Assembly: GCA_945889575.1 (NCBI GenBank)
Contig: CAMDBY010000001.1
Location: forward strand, 1 to 39,220
Direction of reading: 5' to 3'
Length of the DNA stretch: 39,220 nt
Source: Bifidobacterium breve
Lineage (GTDB): Bacteria; Actinomycetota; Acidimicrobiia; Acidimicrobiales; Ilumatobacteraceae
Shown piece after piece: positions 27,308 through 35,716 of the stretch. Position numbers and translations under genes: made by a program. Under the pieces are notes generated by a model. It was not told the origin of the DNA, searched no databases, and worked only from the letters and a program-made list of their open reading frames with translations. Position 1 is the first letter of the stretch, and each line of letters begins with the position of its first letter.

Positions 27308-28666
27308 ATGGCACGCATCGTATTCATAGGCGCTGGAAGCACAGTATTTGCGCGCAATCTCATGGGAGACATTCTTAGTTTTCCTGAACTGGCATCAAGC
27401 ACCATTGTGTTGCATGACATCAATGAAGAGCGACTTCGCACTTCCGAAATTGTTGGGCACAAGATCATTGAAACCCTTGGTGTGTCAGCGACGATCGAAG
27501 CAACTACTGATCGACGGGCCGCTCTGGCTGGTGCAAACTATGTAATCACAATGTTTCAAGTTGGTGGGTACAAGCCATCGACTGTGATTGATTTTGAAAT
27601 TCCCAAGAAATACGGACTTGAGCAAACTATCGCTGACACATTGGGGGTAGGAGGAATTATGCGAGGCCTTCGCACTATTCCCGTGATCCTTGATATTTGT
27701 CGTGACATGGAAGAACTGTGTCCTGACGCACTGCTACTGAACTACGTGAATCCGATGAGCATGTTGTGTTGGGCGATTTCTCGCTCTTCCAGCATTAAGA
27801 CAATTGGCTTGTGCCACAGCGTGCAACACACGGCGCAACAATTGGCAGATGATTTAGGTATTGATGCAAACACGGTTGAGTTCCGCTGTGCCGGCATTAA
27901 TCACATGGCCTTCTATTTGGATTTTCGGCAGCGCCAAGGAAAAGATTTAGTAGATCTGTATCCGCGTATTGCTGAGCGAGCAACAATCTTTCCTATGCCT
28001 ACTCGAGGTGACGTTGAACGCAGCGAGGGTGGTTTTGACGTATTGTCAGATGCTGTGCGGTACGAGATGTTTAAGCGACTTGGGTATTTCGTGACTGAGT
28101 CGAGTGAGCACTTCAGTGAGTACGTGCCGTGGTTCATTAAGAGTGGTCGTTCTGACTTGTTGGACAAGTTCGGAATTCCCCTTGATGAGTATCCACGCCG
28201 ATGTGAGCGCCAGATTGAAGGTTGGGAAACATTGCGTACCCGATTAGAGAATCCGGATGCACGCGTGCGTGTTGTGCAAAGTATGGAATACGGCAGCGGC
28301 ATTATTCACAGTATGGAAACTGGTCAACCTCGGGTCGTGTATGGCAATGTGCCGAACAGGGGCATCATTAGCAACCTTCCCGATGATTGTTGTGTAGAAG
28401 TGCCGTGTGTTGTTGATGCATCGGGAATTACGCCGACACACATTGGGGCATTACCTCCGCATCTTGCGGCACTGATGCAAACCAATATCAACGTTCAGTC
28501 TCTTACGGTGGAAGCAGCGTTGACTGGGAAGCGTGAACATGTGTACCACGCAGCAATGTTTGACCCGCACACGGCAGCAGAACTAGACCTTGATCAAATT
28601 TGGGCACTGGTTGACGAACTACTTGCTGCGCATCGAGGAATGATTCCCGAAGCCCTCTTTTCGTAA
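27308..28666 (+). CDS. glycoside hydrolase family 4 alpha-glucosidase/alpha-galactosidase
   Basis: 452 aa. N-terminal NAD fold [14 protein letters not shown], the GH4 CHSV motif and NYVNPM. Confidence 0.85.
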   Translation: MARIVFIGAGSTVFARNLMGDILSFPELASSTIVLHDINEERLRTSEIVGHKIIETLGVSATIEATTDRRAALAGANYVITMFQVGGYKPSTVIDFEIPKKYGLEQTIADTLGVGGIMRGLRTIPVILDICRDMEELCPDALLLNYVNPMSMLCWAISRSSSIKTIGLCHSVQHTAQQLADDLGIDANTVEFRCAGINHMAFYLDFRQRQGKDLVDLYPRIAERATIFPMPTRGDVERSEGGFDVLSDAVRYEMFKRLGYFVTESSEHFSEYVPWFIKSGRSDLLDKFGIPLDEYPRRCERQIEGWETLRTRLENPDARVRVVQSMEYGSGIIHSMETGQPRVVYGNVPNRGIISNLPDDCCVEVPCVVDASGITPTHIGALPPHLAALMQTNINVQSLTVEAALTGKREHVYHAAMFDPHTAAELDLDQIWALVDELLAAHRGMIPEALFS

Positions 28667-28670
28667 TTGG

Positions 28671-29600
28671 TTATACGAAGGGCATTACCTCTTCAGCGAC
28701 AAGGTCTAAGTGCTCGAGGTCACTGAGGTCAAGAAACTGCACATACATACGTTGGGCGCCAGCAGTATTCCATTGTTGTAGTCGTTCTATGGCTTCAGCA
28801 GGTGTACCGCACAAGCCATTCAGACGAAGTTCTTCAACTTCGCGACCGATTGCAGCTGCGCGACGAGCAATGTCTGCGTCGTTCTTTCCGATGCACGCAA
28901 CCAATGCAGACGAATACACCAAGCTCTGTGGGTCACGCCCGATAGATGTACATGCAGCACGTACTCGTTCGCACTGTTCTGTGAATCGGTTGATACCAGA
29001 AAATGGAATGTTGAACTCTGCTGCATAACGTGCTGCCAACATTGGTGTGCGCTTTGGTCCACCGCCGCCAACAATGATGGGCGGGGGAGACTGCACTGGC
29101 TTTGGCAGAGCTGGTGAATTTGCGATTGTGTAGTGCTTGCCCGAGTAATTGAATTGCTCACCGTGGGGCGTGTTCCACAAGCCGGTAATTACTGCGAGTT
29201 GCTCAGTGAGAATGTCAAATCGTTCGCCAAGTGGTGCAAAAGGAATGCCGTATGACGAATGTTCAATGCCGTACCAGCCAGCGCCAAGACCAAGTTCAAC
29301 TCGGCCGTTCGACATGTCGTCAACGTTGGCAACACTGATTGCTAATACTCCTGGATTGCGAAATGTAGCGGAGTTCACCAAAGTACCAAGACGAATAGTG
29401 GACGTCTCACGAGCGATACCAGCAAGTGTGATCCATGCATCAGATGGGCCGGGCAGGCCTGAAAAATGATCACCCATCACTTGGTAGTGATCGCTGCGAA
29501 AGAATGCATCAAAGCCGAGGCGTTCAGCACGTTGTGCGACCGCGAGAAGTTGGGCGTAGCTAGCGCCCTGCTGTGGTTCGGTAAAGATGCGTATTTTCAC
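28671..29600 (-). CDS. LLM-class (luciferase-like) F420-dependent oxidoreductase
   Basis: 309 aa. TIM-barrel LLM pattern (FDAFFRSDHY, RVELGLGAGW). It resembles the actinobacterial F420-dependent subgroup. Confidence 0.8.
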   Translation of the reverse strand: MKIRIFTEPQQGASYAQLLAVAQRAERLGFDAFFRSDHYQVMGDHFSGLPGPSDAWITLAGIARETSTIRLGTLVNSATFRNPGVLAISVANVDDMSNGRVELGLGAGWYGIEHSSYGIPFAPLGERFDILTEQLAVITGLWNTPHGEQFNYSGKHYTIANSPALPKPVQSPPPIIVGGGGPKRTPMLAARYAAEFNIPFSGINRFTEQCERVRAACTSIGRDPQSLVYSSALVACIGKNDADIARRAAAIGREVEELRLNGLCGTPAEAIERLQQWNTAGAQRMYVQFLDLSDLEHLDLVAEEVMPFV

Positions 29601-29612
29601 GCCATCAATCTA

Positions 29613-30323
29613 TTACCCAGTAACTGTGGTGGCTGTAGTTGGATCTGTGGTTGTAGAGGGAGATGGCACAGTAGTGGTTGAAGTGCTGGAAGCACCCCGA
29701 CCGTAATGGGCGTCGAGTGCTTTCTTAATATGGCGAGCTAACTGCATTCCGCCAAACTGGTTCATATGAACTGAATCACCGGAGAACCAGTGTTTATTTT
29801 TGCGGGAAATATCTGCCCAATCAAGAATTTCCATGTGGTTTTTGCTTTGCTTGGCGCGAAGAACCGCATTGAAAGAACGACTTTTTATTTTTACGTTTGC
29901 GTTTTCTTGGTATGTGAGCCAGATAAGCGCAGCACCCTGTTTTTTGACTTCTTTATTGATTGCATCGATAGCTTTTGCTAAGTAGGCAGGGCCCGTATCG
30001 TTGTAGCCCGTTGCAACGATGTACACCTCAATATTGTCACGGCGGTGATTAATAATTCTTTGTAATGAACTGAGGTCTGACGATTGACTACACCCCTTAT
30101 CAATGAGTTGTTGACATCCCCACGTCTCGAGCAGGGCGTTGTATTGACTGCTCCATAGCGGCTTCATTGATCCTGGTGCCCACCGAAGGACATTGGCTAC
30201 GGAGTCGCCGACAATGACAACATTGCTTGTTTTGCGAGTTGCATGCGCTGTCGTCGGTGAAGATAACGCCGCGACAAGTGTTATACAGATCGCACCAATT
30301 CGTATACGCACGAAAGTTGACAT
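29613..30323 (-). CDS. secreted SGNH/GDSL-family hydrolase with C-terminal Thr-rich tail
   Basis: 236 aa from ATG 30323 with signal peptide MSTFVRIRIGAICITLVAALSSPTTAHA. Block I VIVGDSV, block III GYND, block V DSVH. Tail SSTSTTTVPSPSTTTDPTTATTVTG. The longer ORF-track start overlaps the upstream gene. Confidence 0.7.
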   Translation of the reverse strand: MSTFVRIRIGAICITLVAALSSPTTAHATRKTSNVVIVGDSVANVLRWAPGSMKPLWSSQYNALLETWGCQQLIDKGCSQSSDLSSLQRIINHRRDNIEVYIVATGYNDTGPAYLAKAIDAINKEVKKQGAALIWLTYQENANVKIKSRSFNAVLRAKQSKNHMEILDWADISRKNKHWFSGDSVHMNQFGGMQLARHIKKALDAHYGRGASSTSTTTVPSPSTTTDPTTATTVTG

Positions 30324-30333
30324 GTTCGCCACT

Positions 30334-30768
30334 CTATGCGGTGATGGCAGACCAGTTGTGATGAAGGTTCTGGAGTTGTTCCGGTAGTCGAATGAGGTGT
30401 CGTTGTGAAATTGGGGGCAAGACGACGCGAACGGCGATTGCATTATTGAGTGCCGAAGGAACTTGGTGACTGACCCCAAACATGATGCACCGTTGCATGG
30501 CCCGAGTAAATGGGTTGTGGCGACCTTCCGTGCAAGCAACCCCGATGCAGCGAGCTAACTCGTTCATATCAATGGAGTAGCCCTGGGGTTCATGTTCAAG
30601 ACCTGTCGCGAGACGACGTAATAGCCAGGTCGCTGTTGGTCCGAGGACGGGAAGCCAGAACATCTCAATGTACGGATCGCCAATTGCAAAGCCGTTTGCC
30701 TCGATGATGGGGTCAGGCCACGGGCGAACCTCGAGTTGGCCGTTTGTGTTCAATGTGGATGGTTTCAT
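30334..30768 (-). CDS. conserved hypothetical protein
   Basis: 144 aa from ATG 30768 (MKPSTLN...). I recognise no motif, and a helix-turn-helix-like stretch (IDMNELARCIGV) is only suggestive. It is divergent from the Sir2 gene. Confidence 0.55.
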   Translation of the reverse strand: MKPSTLNTNGQLEVRPWPDPIIEANGFAIGDPYIEMFWLPVLGPTATWLLRRLATGLEHEPQGYSIDMNELARCIGVACTEGRHNPFTRAMQRCIMFGVSHQVPSALNNAIAVRVVLPPISQRHLIRLPEQLQNLHHNWSAITA

Positions 30769-30827
30769 AGTTCCTCGAATTTGTGTTGGTACTTGTCTAT
30801 GTGTGCGCATCAGGCAGAATAAGGACA

Positions 30828-31613
30828 GTGAATGGCGAACAAATTTCTGCGGCGGACCGTGAGCAGGTTTCGCAATGGTTGAAAGAAGCGGAACGAATAG
30901 TGGTGTTTACCGGAGCTGGTATCTCTACTGATTCAGGAATCCCTGATTTTCGTGGTCCGAACGGCCTGTGGGTGCGCAATCCATTGGCCGAAAAGACTTC
31001 TACGTTGAGTTACTACCTCAATGATCCTGAAGTGCGCAAGGTTGCGTGGGAGGGCCGTGTGCGGAACTTCAACGGAACTGCTAAACCAAACGATGGTCAC
31101 CGCGCACTCGTTCACATGCAACACGCTGGGAAACTCTCAGCGGTCATTACCCAGAACGTTGACGGATTGCATCAGGACTCGGGAATTGAGCCGCTCAATG
31201 TTGTGGAAGTGCACGGCACAATAAAATTCGCACGGTGCTGGGAATGCAATGACCGCAGACCTATGAAGTATTTCATCGATCGCGTGATTGCCGGCGAAGA
31301 AGACCCGCATTGCGAACTATGTGGTGGGGTAGTAAAGAGCGACGCAATTTTGTTTGAACAAGCTCTTGTGCCTGAGGTAATTGACAGGGCATTTGATGAA
31401 GCAGGACGGTGCGATGTGCTGCTCGCGGTGGGTTCAACCTTGGCCGTTGGTCCGGCGAACCAAGTGGTTCCGCGCGCAAAGGCAAGCGGCGCCAAGGTGG
31501 TCATTGTGAACGGTGATACCACCCAGATGGACGGCTATGCGCACATGCTCTTGCGCGGCAGTATTAGCCCCATTTTGCAGGCTCTGGTCGCCGGTGCTGG
31601 ATTCCTGACTTAG
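30828..31613 (+). CDS. cobB: NAD-dependent protein deacylase (Sir2 family)
   Basis: Motifs FTGAGISTDSGIPDFRG and QNVDGLH, and the zinc ribbon CWEC...CELCGG. The start is uncertain (GTG 30828, or GTG/TTG at 30783-30801). Confidence 0.85.
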   Translation: MNGEQISAADREQVSQWLKEAERIVVFTGAGISTDSGIPDFRGPNGLWVRNPLAEKTSTLSYYLNDPEVRKVAWEGRVRNFNGTAKPNDGHRALVHMQHAGKLSAVITQNVDGLHQDSGIEPLNVVEVHGTIKFARCWECNDRRPMKYFIDRVIAGEEDPHCELCGGVVKSDAILFEQALVPEVIDRAFDEAGRCDVLLAVGSTLAVGPANQVVPRAKASGAKVVIVNGDTTQMDGYAHMLLRGSISPILQALVAGAGFLT

Positions 31614-31631
31614 TCGGTAGGGTTTTGGGTC

Positions 31632-32798
31632 ATGGCAACCTTTCGTGACCTCTTGGCTAACGCCAAATCCCAAATAGTCGAAATAGATACAGCAACAGCC
31701 GAGGCACGTATTGAAGCTGGCAATGTGTTTGTCCTTGACGTTCGTGAACCAGATGAATACGACGAAGGTGCACTTGCAGATGCAGTTCACATTCCTCGCG
31801 GACATCTTGAAGCCCAAATCGAAGCGCGCGCTCTTGATCGTGATCAGACAATTGTTGTGTATTGCGCAGGGGGAGTGCGTAGCGCTTTTGCTGCTCGCAC
31901 GTTGCAAGAACTTGGGTACAGCGATGTGTTGTCGATGGCCGGCGGTTTTGGCAAATGGAAAGACGAAGGTCGTACATGGCGTCAGCCAGTCACGTTGACT
32001 GCTGACCAACGCAATCGCTATCAACGCCATTTGTTATTGCCTGAAGTGGGCATCGAAGGTCAGGCAAAGTTATTGGGTGCAAAAGTACTAATGCTTGGCG
32101 CTGGTGGTCTTGGGTCACCCGCCGCGTTGTATTTGGCCGCAGCAGGAATTGGCACGCTCGGCATTGTTGATATGGACGATGTTGATGCATCGAACTTGCA
32201 ACGTCAGATTTTGCACAACATGGATCGCATTGGTCAACGCAAGGTTGATTCAGCACGTCAGACACTTGAAAAATTGAACCCAGATGTCACTGTCAAGACC
32301 TATGACGTGCGTTTGTCTGCAGAAAACATCATGGAAATCATGAGCGAATACGACATCGTGGTCGACGGTGCAGACAATTTCCCTAGTCGTTATTTGTTGA
32401 ATGATGCCAGCGTGAAACTTGGAATTCCTGTTGTTCACGGAAGCATCTTTCGCTTTGAAGGAATGGTCTCGGTGTTCCACCCATTGCGTGGGCCCACCTA
32501 TCGCGACATGGTTCCCGAACCGCCACCAGCAGAATTCGCACCCTCATGTGCAGAAGCTGGTGTTCTTGGCGTGTTGCCAGGAATCATTGGTTCCATTCAG
32601 GCGCTTGAAACCATCAAGGTTCTCCTTGATCTTGGCGAGTCTTTAATTGGGCGCATACTTACTATTGACACCACCGAGATGTCATTCCATGTTTTCAAGC
32701 TTCGTGCTGACCCACAAAATCAAGTTGTATGGGAAAATCGCGATCGTATTGAAGTGCGCGACCTTGATGGTCTCTGCGCCCCATGGCTCAGCCACTAG
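31632..32798 (+). CDS. rhodanese-ThiF/MoeB fusion (MoeZ-like sulfur-carrier adenylyltransferase/sulfurtransferase, reversed domain order)
   Basis: 388 aa. Residues 1 to about 118 form a rhodanese domain with the active-site loop VYCAGGVRS. Residues from about 125 to 388 form a ThiF/MoeB domain (LGAGGLGSPAALYLAAAGIG, DASNLQRQ, SCAEAGVLG). Confidence 0.85.
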   Translation: MATFRDLLANAKSQIVEIDTATAEARIEAGNVFVLDVREPDEYDEGALADAVHIPRGHLEAQIEARALDRDQTIVVYCAGGVRSAFAARTLQELGYSDVLSMAGGFGKWKDEGRTWRQPVTLTADQRNRYQRHLLLPEVGIEGQAKLLGAKVLMLGAGGLGSPAALYLAAAGIGTLGIVDMDDVDASNLQRQILHNMDRIGQRKVDSARQTLEKLNPDVTVKTYDVRLSAENIMEIMSEYDIVVDGADNFPSRYLLNDASVKLGIPVVHGSIFRFEGMVSVFHPLRGPTYRDMVPEPPPAEFAPSCAEAGVLGVLPGIIGSIQALETIKVLLDLGESLIGRILTIDTTEMSFHVFKLRADPQNQVVWENRDRIEVRDLDGLCAPWLSH

Positions 32799-32808
32799 CG
32801 TTTACTAA

Positions 32809-33957
32809 ATGACAGCACGCATCGTTAGTGTCGGTGCCGGATTTTCCGGTGCTGTTATTGCACGTGAATTAGCAGAGGCAGGCATCGCTACATGGGTTGT
32901 CGACGGGCGCTCACATGTTGCCGGAAACGCTCACACCGAACGTCGCGACAATGGCGTCATGGTGCATGTGTATGGGCCCCATATTTTTCATACAGGTGAC
33001 AAACATGTGTGGGATTACATCAACAAGTACGGCGACATGGTGCCGTACAACCACCGCGTGAAGGCAACGTCTGGCGGGCACGTGTATTCACTGCCGGTGA
33101 ACCTGCACACCATTAACCAATTCTTTAATACCACTATGTCGCCTGCTGAAGCTGAACAGTTCATCACCGAACGTGCCGATTCCAGTATTGGAACACCTGT
33201 CAGTTTTGAAGATCAGGCCTTGAAATTCGTGGGCAGAGATCTGTATGAAGCCTTCTTTAAGGGATACACCCAAAAGCAGTGGGGAGTTTCTCCAACGGAA
33301 TTACCGGCATCAATTTTGGCTCGGTTACCAGTGAGATTTTCCTACGAGGACAGCTATTTCAATCACCCGTACCAAGCGATTCCTCGTGATGGTTACACGC
33401 CAATCGTGGAAGCAATTCTTGATCACCCACTTATTGAAGTCACTCTTGGTCGCACAGTTGCGCCACAAGAACTCGCTGATGCTGAACACGTATTTTGGTC
33501 TGGCCCCATTGATGGATTTTTTTCTAGCAAGTTTGGAAAACTCGGATACCGCACGCTTGATTTTGTTGAGACTGAAGAAGTCGGTGACGTGCAGGGTTGT
33601 CCTGTTATGAACTATTGCGACGTTGACGTGCCCTACACACGTATTACTGAACACAAACATTTCGCACCTTGGGAAACCCACGAGGGCAGCACCATTTATA
33701 CCGAATACAGTCGCCTGGCAGAAGATGGGGACATTGCGTATTACCCCATTCGCCAAGTGAAGGAAAAAGAGCAGTTGATGCAATACATCGAAGCGGCGAA
33801 TCAGGCAGCTGGTGTGACATTTGTCGGACGCCTCGGCACCTACCGGTATCTCGACATGGATGTCACCATCAAGGAAGCCCTAGAGGTGGCAAATCTTTAC
33901 CTCTCAAATCGGCGGGAAAATCGCCCAATGCCACCGTTCGTGGTCAATCCTCTGTGA
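32809..33957 (+). CDS. glf: UDP-galactopyranose mutase
   Basis: 382 aa. FAD fold VGAGFSGAV, plus YGPHIFHT and the C-terminal GRLGTYRYLDMD. Confidence 0.9.
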   Translation: MTARIVSVGAGFSGAVIARELAEAGIATWVVDGRSHVAGNAHTERRDNGVMVHVYGPHIFHTGDKHVWDYINKYGDMVPYNHRVKATSGGHVYSLPVNLHTINQFFNTTMSPAEAEQFITERADSSIGTPVSFEDQALKFVGRDLYEAFFKGYTQKQWGVSPTELPASILARLPVRFSYEDSYFNHPYQAIPRDGYTPIVEAILDHPLIEVTLGRTVAPQELADAEHVFWSGPIDGFFSSKFGKLGYRTLDFVETEEVGDVQGCPVMNYCDVDVPYTRITEHKHFAPWETHEGSTIYTEYSRLAEDGDIAYYPIRQVKEKEQLMQYIEAANQAAGVTFVGRLGTYRYLDMDVTIKEALEVANLYLSNRRENRPMPPFVVNPL

Positions 33958-33967
33958 AACTGGTCGG

Positions 33968-35716
33968 GTGAATACCCACCTCCTTGCCCGAATTCAGATT
34001 CCGGCGTCGGGGTTCTCCGAGCCCAATTTGTATGTGCGGCACCAACATGGCGTTATTTCTGAGGCAGGACTAACTCTGTCAAAAGGCGGACGCGCAACCT
34101 TTGATACTGCGTTTGGTGCTTTTGCATCTGGTCGATGGAGTCGCCTCACGAACATCTCAGACATTGCTGTCTCGATGGATGTATCGGGCCATTGTTTAGT
34201 TGAACTCATTGCCTATGCAAACTCATCAGAGACAGTGATTGCGTCGTCTGATGAATGCGCAACGTTGCAGTGCGACAATATTCGATCATTGGCCGCGGAG
34301 TCGTTATACGTTGCGGTCACTGCACTTGATGATGGTGTCGTTGTGCGGTCTGGATCGTGGTCAACCTCGCAAGCTCCAGAACGTGAAGTTCGCCTTGGCG
34401 TTTCGATTACCACCTTTAATCGCCAAGAGTATGTTCTCAAGACAATTGAACGTCTGGTTGCACTCGAATCATCAGAACCGTCCGTGCATGGGCATCTGCA
34501 CGTTCTGGTTGTAGATAACGCCCGCAATCTTGAACCACAACTGCCCACAGGGGCACCCGTGCGTGTATTGCCAAACCCGAACTTGGGTGGTGCCGGTGGG
34601 TTTGCTCGGGGGCTTATTTCTTTTCGTGATGAAGGGTGGAGCACGCACGTTGTCTTTATGGACGACGACATTTCGATTGAGCCCGAATCAATCGTTCGTA
34701 CTCTTTCGCTCTTCTCCTATGCCAAAGATCCGGACTTGTGTATTCATGGCGCGATGATGAGTGAGGAATTGCCATGGATGCAATTCGAAGCTGGGTCTGC
34801 ATATGAATTCCGTTCCGTGTATCCGTTGCGCGCTCTTGGTCGAGGCGTAGACCTTCGGAGCCGTTACGAAGTAGTGCACGATCATCTCGAACCAGAAATT
34901 GATTATTCCGCGTGGTGGTTTACTGCATTCCCCATGCACGTAGCTCCTCAAAATCCGCTTCCCGTCTTCGTGCGTGGTGATGATGTGGCTTTTGGTCTTA
35001 TGCATACAGGTCGGCACACAGTCACGTTAAATGGCATTGCTGTATGGCATGCAGACTTTGCGCTCAAGAACAATCCAATGTCGTTGTATTACGAGGTCCG
35101 TAACTTTGCACTGATTGACACCTTGGTGTTTGATAACCATAAGTGGCATCACCTTGCGTGGCGCTTCTTGGGCTTTGGTTTCCGCAATGCATATTCGCAC
35201 CGCTATTCAAGTGCTGAATACATGATTCATGGAATGAAAGATTTCCTTGCCGGACCAGATGAATGGATGAAAATTGATCATTCGGCAAAACATGAAGAGG
35301 TGCGGCACGTCACCGAAGAAAAGGCAATGCCATTGACCCCAGAACTTCTCAGTCTTGGTTTCACAGCGCCACGACCAAAGATCGTTCGCCTTGGAGGGTT
35401 CTTGCTGTCTCCGTTTCTTGGCGCTGGTCAGTGGGTTCCGAAGTTTTTACGCTCTAGCGAAGTTGGTGTTGCACAGATTGATGTTCGAGCTGTCGGTCTT
35501 GCCATTCGGCACAGCAAGATTCTGTATCGCCATCCTCGTTTTGATGAAGGTTTTGTCTGCGAGCGTGACTTCAAACGATTTATGGCAATCCAACGCGACG
35601 TGTTCCGTTATACATTGCGTATTGCACGCACCTATAAACGTTTGAAGCGTGAATATCGCGACGAATACATCACTATGGTGAGTGATGCATCGTGGAACGC
35701 TCGCTTTAAGGGCTAG
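33968..35716 (+). CDS. glfT2: GlfT2-like galactofuranosyltransferase (GT2)
   Basis: 582 aa with a GTG start. The N-terminal beta-barrel region is alignable by eye with mycobacterial GlfT2 (LARIQIP...LYV, FGAFASGRWSRLT). GT-A core with VVFMDDDISIEP (the DDD motif). It lies directly downstream of glf, as in mycobacteria. Confidence 0.78.
   Translation: MNTHLLARIQIPASGFSEPNLYVRHQHGVISEAGLTLSKGGRATFDTAFGAFASGRWSRLTNISDIAVSMDVSGHCLVELIAYANSSETVIASSDECATLQCDNIRSLAAESLYVAVTALDDGVVVRSGSWSTSQAPEREVRLGVSITTFNRQEYVLKTIERLVALESSEPSVHGHLHVLVVDNARNLEPQLPTGAPVRVLPNPNLGGAGGFARGLISFRDEGWSTHVVFMDDDISIEPESIVRTLSLFSYAKDPDLCIHGAMMSEELPWMQFEAGSAYEFRSVYPLRALGRGVDLRSRYEVVHDHLEPEIDYSAWWFTAFPMHVAPQNPLPVFVRGDDVAFGLMHTGRHTVTLNGIAVWHADFALKNNPMSLYYEVRNFALIDTLVFDNHKWHHLAWRFLGFGFRNAYSHRYSSAEYMIHGMKDFLAGPDEWMKIDHSAKHEEVRHVTEEKAMPLTPELLSLGFTAPRPKIVRLGGFLLSPFLGAGQWVPKFLRSSEVGVAQIDVRAVGLAIRHSKILYRHPRFDEGFVCERDFKRFMAIQRDVFRYTLRIARTYKRLKREYRDEYITMVSDASWNARFKG

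Noticed and set aside
30324-30539. 72-codon N-terminal extension of the SGNH ORF (track start 30539)
   Set aside because: The extension overlaps the 3' end of the upstream gene (30334..30768). A textbook signal peptide begins at the internal Met (ATG 30323).
31434-32030. 198-aa ORF on the minus strand spanning the Sir2/MoeZ-like junction
   Set aside because: It overlaps two plus-strand genes that carry unmistakable family motifs. Its translation is Cys/His/Arg-rich with no motif. It is a typical antisense shadow ORF.
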